A stretch of DNA of 32,000 nt. Origin: Candidatus Saccharimonadota bacterium. Lineage in GTDB: Bacteria; Patescibacteriota; Saccharimonadia; Saccharimonadales; UBA4665. Under the pieces are notes generated by a model. It was not told where the DNA came from, searched no databases, and saw only the letters and a list, made by a program, of their open reading frames with translations. How positions within the stretch are numbered: position 1 is the stretch's first letter; each line of letters starts with the position of its first letter. The position numbers and the translations under genes were made by a program. Positions 7,875 to 15,585 of this stretch are shown here, one piece after another. The DNA lies in assembly GCA_963716945.1 (NCBI GenBank), contig OY970322.1, positions 180,001 through 212,000 on the forward strand, given 5' to 3'.

Positions 7875-8972
7875 TCAGCCATTCAAACTGGCTTTTATTT
7901 CGGCAGCCAATTCCGGGTTCCACATGGCCCCGGTCGCCGACTGGACCACGTCGGCCCCGGCCAAGCGGTAGTCCTGGAAATCTTTCACGCCCATAACGCC
8001 GCCCACGCCGATAATTTCGTAGTCCAGGCCAAGAGCTTTGCGTAAATCGGCAAGCCGCTTCGTCATATCGATTCCGGCCCACTTGATGCTGGCGCCGCAA
8101 AGACCGCTTTTCAGCCGGTTTGGTCCCGGCAGGGCTTGCTTGCCGGCAGTATCGACGACGGAAGCGGCGATAGTATTAATGGACGAGACCGCGGCCACGT
8201 AAGGCGCCATGGCTTCCACGACCCTTTTTAATAGCTGCTGCTGGCCGCCGCTATAATAGCCGATCTTAGCGATTAGCGGGACGTTGCCTATAGCCTGGCT
8301 GACTTTACGGCAAATGGCCTCAACCGACTCGGGTGTATAGCAGAGGACGCCCTCGTTGGCGACGTTCGGGCAGGATAGGTTTACCTCAATGGCTTTGGCC
8401 CCGGCGGCCACGGCCAGCCCGGCCGCAAGCGCAAAATCGTCAAAATAATCGATATCCGTGAACCCGGGCTGTATAGTGCCGACTACGCTCATAACCACTA
8501 GCTGGCCTTCCCGCTCCGCCTTGAGGGCTTTTTGCAGATCTTCTACCCAAAACGCCGGCCCCTTAGAAGGGTTGCCGAAGGAATTCGTAATCGTAAGCGA
8601 AGCGGCGTCGCGCTTAGTGCTTTGCTTGCCGACTAGGGGGAGGGACGCTTTTTCCAGCGTTAAATCCCCGTCAACGTCAACGTATATGACATTCGGAAAA
8701 GCATTACACTTGAAGGCCACGCTGCGCTGTGTCTTATAGCAAACGATATCAAAGCCTTTGCGCAGGGCGGCTATAACGTAATTGCTATTGATGAGCGGCC
8801 CGGCCGCGATGCCGAAAGGCGAGTAGACCGGGTAACCTAAAAATGAATACTGCGGTTTACCCTGATCGCGGTAGCGCAAGGGTTTGCTAAACGCCCCGAA
8901 CGGCCCATTGTCAAAGTTATCCTCATAGGTTTTCGCCGGGTCATAGATTGGCTTCTTAGGGGCGGTTGTCAC
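7875..8972 (-). CDS. Dihydroorotate dehydrogenase (class 1)-like FMN TIM-barrel oxidoreductase
   Basis: DHOD-family motifs occur in order: SPFGIAAGP, TNSFGNPSKG, EVNLSCPNV, IAKIG, SINT, SGLCGASIK, IIGVGGV...AGADVVQSAT. GTG start is preceded by TGGTAATCT 9 nt upstream. Whether it is a true PyrD cannot be decided by eye. Confidence 0.65.
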   Translation of the reverse strand: MTTAPKKPIYDPAKTYEDNFDNGPFGAFSKPLRYRDQGKPQYSFLGYPVYSPFGIAAGPLINSNYVIAALRKGFDIVCYKTQRSVAFKCNAFPNVIYVDVDGDLTLEKASLPLVGKQSTKRDAASLTITNSFGNPSKGPAFWVEDLQKALKAEREGQLVVMSVVGTIQPGFTDIDYFDDFALAAGLAVAAGAKAIEVNLSCPNVANEGVLCYTPESVEAICRKVSQAIGNVPLIAKIGYYSGGQQQLLKRVVEAMAPYVAAVSSINTIAASVVDTAGKQALPGPNRLKSGLCGASIKWAGIDMTKRLADLRKALGLDYEIIGVGGVMGVKDFQDYRLAGADVVQSATGAMWNPELAAEIKASLNG

Positions 8973-9021
8973 GTTGGATTTAGATTACCATACTTCGCCT
9001 CGACAGCGTGCCGGCCGCGAT

Positions 9022-9537
9022 TCAGGGGTTTGCCACAACCGACCACCAAGGCACCTGTTTGGCGATGTAGTTATCAAGCGACCATACGCCCTTCGACGAT
9101 AACCTGTCCAGGCCGTATAGCGACAAAAAGACGATGGTGTAAATAATGCCCGTCCCGATATCGGTAGAGGTTGCGCTGTACGGACCGCCGAAGCCTTCGG
9201 CCACGGCCCAAATAAGTAAACTGAAAACGGCCGCTGACAAGTATGTTACACGCCGGGCAATTCCAAGAATCAACGCCAACGCTATCAACGTTTCGATTAT
9301 GGTCACCAGCCAGGCGAACAGATGCGGATTATGAGAAAGCAGGCGAACCCAGAAGTTAAACCAGCCGCCGAGCCAGCTCGGCTGCCCCGCCCCGGCGCCT
9401 TTGATCTGGTCAAGAAACCCAGTCTTAAACGCCGGCTGCCATTTGAAGGCGGCGTCAATACCCCAAATCAGACCAAAAACAATCCTTAATATAGCGACGT
9501 GCTTTGATAAGTGCGCGGATGAATTCTTAGCAGCCAT
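9022..9537 (-). CDS. DoxX-like small integral membrane protein
   Basis: 171 aa with four hydrophobic spans. The N-terminal LRIVFGLIWGIDAAFK resembles DoxX/DoxD-type proteins. Assignment is tentative. Confidence 0.5.
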   Translation of the reverse strand: MAAKNSSAHLSKHVAILRIVFGLIWGIDAAFKWQPAFKTGFLDQIKGAGAGQPSWLGGWFNFWVRLLSHNPHLFAWLVTIIETLIALALILGIARRVTYLSAAVFSLLIWAVAEGFGGPYSATSTDIGTGIIYTIVFLSLYGLDRLSSKGVWSLDNYIAKQVPWWSVVANP

Positions 9538-9585
9538 AGTCTAAGGATAATGCCCAAACCCCAACTAATCAATGATGCTTATGCT

Positions 9586-9662
9586 TGGTACACCCGGCAG
9601 GATTCGAACCTACGACCTTTGGCTCCGCAAGCCAACGCTCTATCCAGCTGAGCTACGGGTGC
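9586..9662 (-). tRNA. tRNA-Arg with anticodon GCG (not the usual bacterial ACG), CCA encoded
   Basis: Sense strand is GCACCCG-TA-GCTC-AGCTGGATA-GAGC-G-TTGGC-TTGCGGA-GCCAA-AGGTC-GTAGG-TTCGAAT-CCTGC-CGGGTGT-A-CCA. The GTAGCTCAGCTGGATAGAG segment (positions 7-25) is identical to E. coli tRNA-Arg(ACG). Anticodon loop UUGCGGA gives positions 34-36 as GCG. Confidence 0.85.
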
Positions 9663-9710
9663 GCATGCAACAGGGGTAATTCTAACACGTTCTCCCGGTA
9701 AAAGCTACAG

Positions 9711-9719
9711 TGCTATAAT
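9711..9719 (+). promoter_or_regulatory. Extended -10 promoter element (TGCTATAAT) for tRNA-Ser(CGA)
   Basis: A TGnTATAAT match ends 13 nt upstream of the mature tRNA 5' end at 9733. Confidence 0.5.
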
Positions 9720-9732
9720 TCCATCTGGCCGG

Positions 9733-9822
9733 GGAGAGGTGACCGAGTGGTTGAAGGTGCTGCTCTCGAAAAGCAGTGTACCGGCAACGGTACCGTGGGT
9801 TCGAATCCCACTCTCTCCGCCA
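9733..9822 (+). tRNA. tRNA-Ser (anticodon CGA), class II, CCA encoded
   Basis: Acceptor is GGAGAGG/TCTCTCC. Anticodon stem is CTGCT/AGCAG with loop CTCGAAA. There is a long variable arm. T arm is GTGGG-TTCGAAT-CCCAC, followed by G-CCA. The overlapping + ORF 9747-10616 is spurious. Confidence 0.9.
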
Positions 9823-9836
9823 TTTATCAAAAGAGC

Positions 9837-12800
9837 TTACTGAATGAGGCGCGGCGGCCGGGGCCGCGGCGGGTTTTTGCCGATCGGCGGCAACGGTTTT
9901 GGCGGTTGCGGCGAGGGGCCGGAATCCGGACCCGGGATTTCCGGCGCCGATGTCGGCGGTTCGCGGTGCGGCGCCAAGCGCAGGCTGCCGGCGTCTACCG
10001 GCGCGCTACCGTCTTGAGGGCCGGAATCGTCGGACCTTATGCCATGGCTCGGCGGTGCGTTCTTACCCTGGCGGCTCTTGAAAAGCAAGCCAAATATTAC
10101 CATCGCTGCCACTATGAATACTATGCCGAACAACAGGTAATTAGCTACCAGCTGCGGTTCAAGCTGCCGCAGAAAGTCGCTGATCGGCTGTTTGAAATCG
10201 CTGCCCCAAGCGCCCTTGATCGAAATACCGGCAAACTTGTTGACCATTGCGTCGGCCACGAGCTTATAAGCAACCAGGATTATGCCGGCCACCAGCAGAA
10301 CGGCGCCGATCCGCCGTACTCCGCGCCGCCGCTCAGGCGATACGAAGAAGATTCCCAGGCCGCTCAGGATCGCCAGGCCGCCCAGTATCCAAGGCAATTT
10401 GACACTTATCCGATAGGCTTTCGGCGCCCACGAAAGCTTCTTGTAATACGGTTGGCCTTGGCTGGTGCTGTTAGCCTGCCCCAACTCGTTCTGGTTCAGC
10501 GAAGCCGCCGTAATGACCGGATTGCTCAGGAAATCACCGCTGTCATTAACCTCCTGGGCCACCTGGGCCGCCTCGCTCTTGGGGTCGACGGTCGACGGCC
10601 GGCACTTAACCGATAACAGGTCGACCGGTATCGACAGCTGCGACAGCTGCTGGGCGGAACATACCGGCAAACTGGCCAAGCGGGACTGCACGGCCTGCCC
10701 GACTTGCTGGGCAAAATCCTGCTTGGCCGAGCTTAGGTCTATTTTGAAGTCCGGCGAGGACTGCTTGCCGTTCAGCCAGTCGTAGTTGCTGTTAATGAAG
10801 GTATTGACGCTCTGTTCGATCAAGCTGGGAGAAAAAGCGGCTTCGGCCGCCTGCTGAACCAGCGGGTCGCTCAACGAAACCGAGCCGGAATTCCCGCCGT
10901 CGGCACTCGATTTCTCGGCCTGCTGCAATACGGAAGCCGTGACCCGGTCATAAATCTTGCTGTTGGCCAGCGAACTTTCAAGCTTAGCCGGCGCCAAAGC
11001 TCGGTTTATATCCATGGCCGCGACCCCGCCGACCAGAGAAATAAGCAGCACCAAAGCCAATAAATGCACAAACCCCTTACGCAGCCAAATCATTACCCCA
11101 TTGTAGTCGAAACCGCTTGTTTTTGGTACAGCTGCCAAAGCTTTCGGCGGAACAAAAAGAGCATTGTGACCTCGTCGGCCGCCAAAACGTTTCAGTCCAA
11201 ACCCCAATATGAGCGATAGGCCGGAACCAGCTAATAATACTAACGCGACCAGCCACCCTATAGGCAGTCGGCGCGGGCTATTTCCGAACCCCGGCCTTAT
11301 TAAGGTCTTGAAGTCTGCCGCCGAAGCCGTAATGGCACCTATTCGTACCCGGCCGACGATACCTGCCGCACTGAACGACTTGTCAACTCCCCGTCCGGCT
11401 AAGAGGCTGGTGACAATAGCGGAGGAGCTGACAGCTAAACTATTGCCCGCGATACTGCCCATAGCCCCTCCCTGTAAGCTATTAGAACTACCTCTGTCGC
11501 CCAAGCTCTTCGACCCGCCTGGCTCTATTGTCAGAGGCTGGCCGATAGACCCGTCGCAAACGTCATCGATCCCGTCGCTATCGGTGTCATGGCCGCTATC
11601 GACGGCCCCCGGACAGCTATCGGCACTATCGGCTAGGCCGTCACCGTCACTATCATCAGAACCGGCCGTTACATAAACCGGCTGCCTGATATCCACCGGC
11701 TGGCCGGCCTGGCCCTGTCCGATAATATCGACGGTGTGGCCGCCGGCCGGGATGCCGGCCGGCAGAGTGATGTTGCCGACTATATCGGCGTTAGCGCTGC
11801 TCGCTACGGTCCCCAGCAACACTCCCGCTGAGCCGTCCAGCCTTACGGCGTAGGAGACGCTGGCCTTCAGACCATCGAGCGCCCCATCGGCTCGCAGGGC
11901 CGTGCTTTCCCCTACGTTTACCGCTCCCGGCAACAGCTTATCGTCAGGTACCAGAGCGTTTATCGTCCGACCCGTCTTAGGGGCATCCAAGATGGCTTGC
12001 CCGCCAGTATCGGAGGTCACGGTTGGCGCAACCCCCAAGTTGCGAGTCTGTTCAATGATTGCTTGCTCGAGCAAAGCCTGGCCTAAGGCGTTCGGATGGT
12101 AGCTTTCTTTACCAAAGACCCGGATTCCCAGCACGCTGCCGTCGCTACCGGCCGTCAGGCCGTTGACAGCCACGTTGAAGCCCGCCGTTTCACATAAACG
12201 ATGCCCGGCCAGAGCGCGGCTGACATCAACGTAAGCTACCCCGGCGTTGGCGCTTGCTTGGCGGATGGCGCTATCAAGGTAGTCGATCGTTTCTTCGGCG
12301 AAGGTCAGCTCATCCTTATTAAGATGAACATTTAGGCCGCAGTTGCCGTCATCCACGGTGATCTGGGGGTAGCCTATGGCGTAAATCCGTCCCCCGGGAT
12401 CTTCATCCGCCAACTGTTTATACAGTGCCGTCCAGCGCGGTATGGTGCGGTCAATCAACTGAGTTAGTTCAAACCGGTCTTCGTAGGTGGCATAGCAGGT
12501 ATTACTTGTGTCATGAAGGCCTAAATGGGGCGCCACACAGTCCCTGACGATATCGCCGAAGCCGACGTCGTCACCGCCGGCCGAGACCGTCATAATACCC
12601 GGCTGATATTGCCGCACGAATCGTTGTTGCGCCACGTAACCGGGCAGGTAACCGGCCATAATCGAATTCAGCAGCGCCGGTTGCGACTGTTGCAGCTGGC
12701 CAAAATTCAGTACGCCCCTAACCTGTCCGCGGTAACTTGAAGAGCCGCTGGCGAGATCATTAATAACCGCGCCCGAGCAGGCCACCGAATGGCCACCGGC

Positions 12801-13967
12801 ACTACTGAAAAGCGCCCGCCGCAAAAGCAAGGGGTAAGAGTTGGCGGACAAGTGGCACATGTTATCTGCGGTATCGGTCCCCGACAAGTAGTCAAAGGCC
12901 CCTTCGCCAGAGGTATATGAGTCGCCCAAGGCCAGGTAGTCGGTTAGCGGGCCTATGCTCTCCCGCGGCGCCAGTTCGTACAACCCGCCTCCGTCAGGAC
13001 CGGTAGTCCGGATATCAAAGCTCAGCAGGTTCTTATCAACAAAGCGCAAATGCCTTATAGCGTGAAAATCAGTGATCTGCTGCCTGACAAACGGCATGTA
13101 ATCATGCATGGCGCACTGCTGCGGCTGCAAACCTTTCATGATCCCGTCGCAAGCCGACAGGTCATACAGCCTTAAAACCGCCGCGTCGTCATTGTTGATC
13201 GCCACGTAATCCCCGTCACCGCTGATCGCTACCTGGGACTTGAGCAGTCCGGGGCTGCCGGTCGCGCCGAACGCCGGAGCGAAAGCCGCCACGTCCAAGG
13301 TTGCCAGGTTGACCCGGATGAAAGAGCCGTTCAGCGTTTCGGCTGCCAACCAGTCGCCGTTATCAGAAAAGGCTATAGTTTGAGGGTTGACCACCAGTGC
13401 CTGGCCGGCCGGATCCCTGAGCAATAAATCGGGGCCGGCCGTCAATTTCTTGCCGGTCAACCTGGCAGACGCGTCCCGCTGATCCTGCATGGCCTCTATG
13501 GGATTTCTGTAAAACCCAACATATGCCCCGCCGGTACTGGCAGGTTCAAGCGCTATCAACCCGCCTGCCTGGGGCCAGGGCACCGAAACTTGCCCTGACG
13601 CGTAAGGCAACAGCGGCAAGCCCTCATCCGTGCCATTAAATACGACCATTTCGCTGTCGGCATCCATCAGCCCGAAAGCCGTCGCCATGAAGCAGCCTGT
13701 TTGCACGGTTCCGCTATTCGGCAACCTGTACTCCATAGGCGTACAGTCCAAATTACTCAAGAAATTCGGCTCGCGCTGAAGGCTGTCGATGGCGCTAACC
13801 CGTTTTAAAGTCATAACCTTGGGCGAGGCCCAGTCCGGCCCCGCATCGGCCTCGCCGCCTGCCCTGTCCAACACCAGGCTAAGCAGGCAAGCGAACAGCA
13901 ACGTCCCGACCAGGAGGTACGCCAGTTGCCGAGCTAACCATCCCCACCCTGAACCTGACTGCTTCAT
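9837..13967 (-). CDS. Giant (1376 aa) multidomain envelope protein: signal-anchor, PD40/propeller-like region, SGNH/GDSL hydrolase, Ig-like region, thrombospondin type-3 (Ca-binding) repeats, TM anchor, then a second in-frame 4-TM module with a Pro-rich cytoplasmic tail
   Basis: Continuous ORF. SGNH block I is LALGDSYTSGEG, with the nucleophile Ser codon at 12920-12918 (aa 350). Block V-like motif is ESYHPN. TSP3-like sequence is DSDGDGLADSADSCPGAVDSGHDTDSDGIDDVCD (about aa 768-803, nt 11561-11665). TM span is IGWLVALVLLAGSGLSLILGFGL (about aa 900-922). The second module starts near Met959 (ATG 11093-11091). Confidence 0.8.
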   Translation of the reverse strand: MKQSGSGWGWLARQLAYLLVGTLLFACLLSLVLDRAGGEADAGPDWASPKVMTLKRVSAIDSLQREPNFLSNLDCTPMEYRLPNSGTVQTGCFMATAFGLMDADSEMVVFNGTDEGLPLLPYASGQVSVPWPQAGGLIALEPASTGGAYVGFYRNPIEAMQDQRDASARLTGKKLTAGPDLLLRDPAGQALVVNPQTIAFSDNGDWLAAETLNGSFIRVNLATLDVAAFAPAFGATGSPGLLKSQVAISGDGDYVAINNDDAAVLRLYDLSACDGIMKGLQPQQCAMHDYMPFVRQQITDFHAIRHLRFVDKNLLSFDIRTTGPDGGGLYELAPRESIGPLTDYLALGDSYTSGEGAFDYLSGTDTADNMCHLSANSYPLLLRRALFSSAGGHSVACSGAVINDLASGSSSYRGQVRGVLNFGQLQQSQPALLNSIMAGYLPGYVAQQRFVRQYQPGIMTVSAGGDDVGFGDIVRDCVAPHLGLHDTSNTCYATYEDRFELTQLIDRTIPRWTALYKQLADEDPGGRIYAIGYPQITVDDGNCGLNVHLNKDELTFAEETIDYLDSAIRQASANAGVAYVDVSRALAGHRLCETAGFNVAVNGLTAGSDGSVLGIRVFGKESYHPNALGQALLEQAIIEQTRNLGVAPTVTSDTGGQAILDAPKTGRTINALVPDDKLLPGAVNVGESTALRADGALDGLKASVSYAVRLDGSAGVLLGTVASSANADIVGNITLPAGIPAGGHTVDIIGQGQAGQPVDIRQPVYVTAGSDDSDGDGLADSADSCPGAVDSGHDTDSDGIDDVCDGSIGQPLTIEPGGSKSLGDRGSSNSLQGGAMGSIAGNSLAVSSSAIVTSLLAGRGVDKSFSAAGIVGRVRIGAITASAADFKTLIRPGFGNSPRRLPIGWLVALVLLAGSGLSLILGFGLKRFGGRRGHNALFVPPKALAAVPKTSGFDYNGVMIWLRKGFVHLLALVLLISLVGGVAAMDINRALAPAKLESSLANSKIYDRVTASVLQQAEKSSADGGNSGSVSLSDPLVQQAAEAAFSPSLIEQSVNTFINSNYDWLNGKQSSPDFKIDLSSAKQDFAQQVGQAVQSRLASLPVCSAQQLSQLSIPVDLLSVKCRPSTVDPKSEAAQVAQEVNDSGDFLSNPVITAASLNQNELGQANSTSQGQPYYKKLSWAPKAYRISVKLPWILGGLAILSGLGIFFVSPERRRGVRRIGAVLLVAGIILVAYKLVADAMVNKFAGISIKGAWGSDFKQPISDFLRQLEPQLVANYLLFGIVFIVAAMVIFGLLFKSRQGKNAPPSHGIRSDDSGPQDGSAPVDAGSLRLAPHREPPTSAPEIPGPDSGPSPQPPKPLPPIGKNPPRPRPPRLIQ
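9850..9878 (+). terminator. Possible intrinsic terminator for tRNA-Ser(CGA), embedded in the 3' coding end of the opposite-strand giant gene
   Basis: GC-rich imperfect hairpin CGCGGCGG-CCGGGG-CCGCGGCG (one mismatch) at 9850-9871, followed by GG TTTTT (9874-9878). Confidence 0.4.
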
Positions 13968-14081
13968 GAGGTCTAGGCTATTGCCAGGCTGCCTCCGCAG
14001 GCAAGCATAAGCGGCCGCGAAACAGCCGAAGTTAAGGATTATTTAATCTTCCCTGCCCTGGCGAGGCTATATAATGGGGGC

Positions 14082-14474
14082 ATGGAAGACAGTATCTTTA
14101 CTAAGATTATCAAGGGTGAGATTCCCTGCCATAAGGTTTATGAGGATGACAAAGTGCTGGCTTTTCTGGATATCCATCCCAAGCAGCCTGGCCATACGCT
14201 GGTCGTACCGAAGAAACAGGTGGAATTCGTGTGGGATCTTGATGACGAAGACTATCAGGCGGTAATGGCGGTGGCTAAGCGCGTGGCCCTCCGGATTCGC
14301 GGCATTCTGGGCAGCCCGTATGTCGGCGAACTGGTCGTGGGCGTTGACGTGCCGCATGCCCACGTCCATGTTTACCCCTTTGAAACTATCGAAGAATCCC
14401 GTTTCATTCCCGACCCCAATGGCGAACCCGACCACGCGGCCCTGGCGGCTATGGCCCAAAAACTTGCCTTTTAG
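14082..14474 (+). CDS. HIT-family (histidine triad, HinT-like) nucleotide hydrolase
   Basis: Histidine triad HAHVHVYP plus an N-terminal IFTKIIKGEIPCHKVYEDD segment typical of HinT. TATAAT (14070-14075) lies 6 nt before the ATG. Confidence 0.9.
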   Translation: MEDSIFTKIIKGEIPCHKVYEDDKVLAFLDIHPKQPGHTLVVPKKQVEFVWDLDDEDYQAVMAVAKRVALRIRGILGSPYVGELVVGVDVPHAHVHVYPFETIEESRFIPDPNGEPDHAALAAMAQKLAF

Positions 14475-14491
14475 GCTACAATAGAACTGGT

Positions 14492-14668
14492 ATGGATTTT
14501 CTCTACTCTTTATTCTTCGGGGCGGGCGTCGCGGCGTTCTCGTACACCAGGATGGGCCGGCGGGTCGGCTACGGTAACACGCAGAACGTGACAGTCGTTA
14601 TCGGCGTCATCTTCGTCCTGACGACAATCGTTTTCTTCACCATTCTCAAGTTTATCCTCAACGTCTAA
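14492..14668 (+). CDS. Small hypothetical membrane protein (58 aa, two TM), absent from the ORF track
   Basis: Translation is MDFLYSLFFGAGVAAFSYTRMGRRVGYGNTQNVTVVIGVIFVLTTIVFFTILKFILNV. TACAAT (14477-14482) lies 9 nt upstream. It fills an otherwise empty 254-nt gap. Confidence 0.5.
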   Translation: MDFLYSLFFGAGVAAFSYTRMGRRVGYGNTQNVTVVIGVIFVLTTIVFFTILKFILNV

Positions 14669-14728
14669 ATAGCCGTTTAATACTAATTAGGGCTTGGCTT
14701 TCTATCTGTTAACTGATATTATCAGGCT

Positions 14729-15577
14729 ATGGATGAGAAGGACCTGGGTAAACGGCTCCAAGCGGCGCGCCAAGCTGCCGGCTTGACGCAGCAGAAACTC
14801 TGCCAGCAAGCCAACCTTAGCTTCTCGACGCTGACCAAGATTGAACGCGGGGCCATCAAGTCGCCGTCGATCTTTACCATCCAATCAATAGCTACCGCTC
14901 TGGGCGTCAGTCTTGATGATCTGGTCGGCCAGGCCAGCCACGCCAATAACCGCCGGCGGCTGAGCAAAAGCAAGACCGGCGTCAGCTTCGTTTACTTCGA
15001 TGTCAACGGCTGCCTCATCAACTCGCCGCAGCGGGCCATGGCCCGGCTTTCGCAGGCGACCGGCGCGCCTTCCGACATCGTCGAAATGGCTTTCTGGCAC
15101 TACAACGACGATGTCTGCCGCGGCACTATGAGTATGAGCGACTTCAATGCCAAGCTGGCCAAGCGCCTCGAGGTAGACGAGGTCAAGTGGCAGGATTATT
15201 ACCTGGAGATGGTCGAACCGATCGAAAAGATGCAGGAGCTGCTCAAATGGGCTGCCGATAACTACAAAGTCGGTTTGATGACCAACATCATGCCGGGTTT
15301 GTTGAGCTCTCTGCGCCGCGGCGGCCAAGTTCCTGACCTGCCCTATGACGCCGTTATCGACTCGTCGGAGATGGCAACTATCAAGCCGGAGGTCAAAATG
15401 TATGAAACGGCCCAGCAGTTAGCCGCTTGCCCGCCCTCGGAAATCCTGCTGATTGATGATTCCAAAGTCAACTTGATGGCCGCCGAGAAGCTCGGTTGGC
15501 ACGTCTTATGGTTCGATGAGGTGCACCCGGAGGAGTCGGTCGAACGCGTGCGCGCCGCCCTCGAGCCCGCCGCTTAA
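14729..15577 (+). CDS. Fusion protein: N-terminal XRE-family helix-turn-helix DNA-binding domain plus C-terminal HAD-superfamily (subfamily IA-like) hydrolase domain
   Basis: The HTH region is LGKRLQAARQAAGLTQQKLCQQANLSFSTLTKIERG. HAD motif I is FDVNGCL (Asp91, but Asn93 at the Asp+2 position). Motif II is LMTN. A motif III Lys lies in IKPE. Motif IV is LIDDS. Extended -10 TGATATTAT (14714-14722) lies 6 nt before the ATG. Confidence 0.75.
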   Translation: MDEKDLGKRLQAARQAAGLTQQKLCQQANLSFSTLTKIERGAIKSPSIFTIQSIATALGVSLDDLVGQASHANNRRRLSKSKTGVSFVYFDVNGCLINSPQRAMARLSQATGAPSDIVEMAFWHYNDDVCRGTMSMSDFNAKLAKRLEVDEVKWQDYYLEMVEPIEKMQELLKWAADNYKVGLMTNIMPGLLSSLRRGGQVPDLPYDAVIDSSEMATIKPEVKMYETAQQLAACPPSEILLIDDSKVNLMAAEKLGWHVLWFDEVHPEESVERVRAALEPAA

Positions 15578-15585
15578 CGGCTGGC

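Noticed and set aside
3704-9822. Three tRNA-Ser genes in 6 kb as a sign of a tRNA array or mobile tRNA island.
   Set aside because: They are different isoacceptors (GCU, UGA, CGA), each needed for normal decoding. There is no repetition of spacers, so this is ordinary tRNA clustering.
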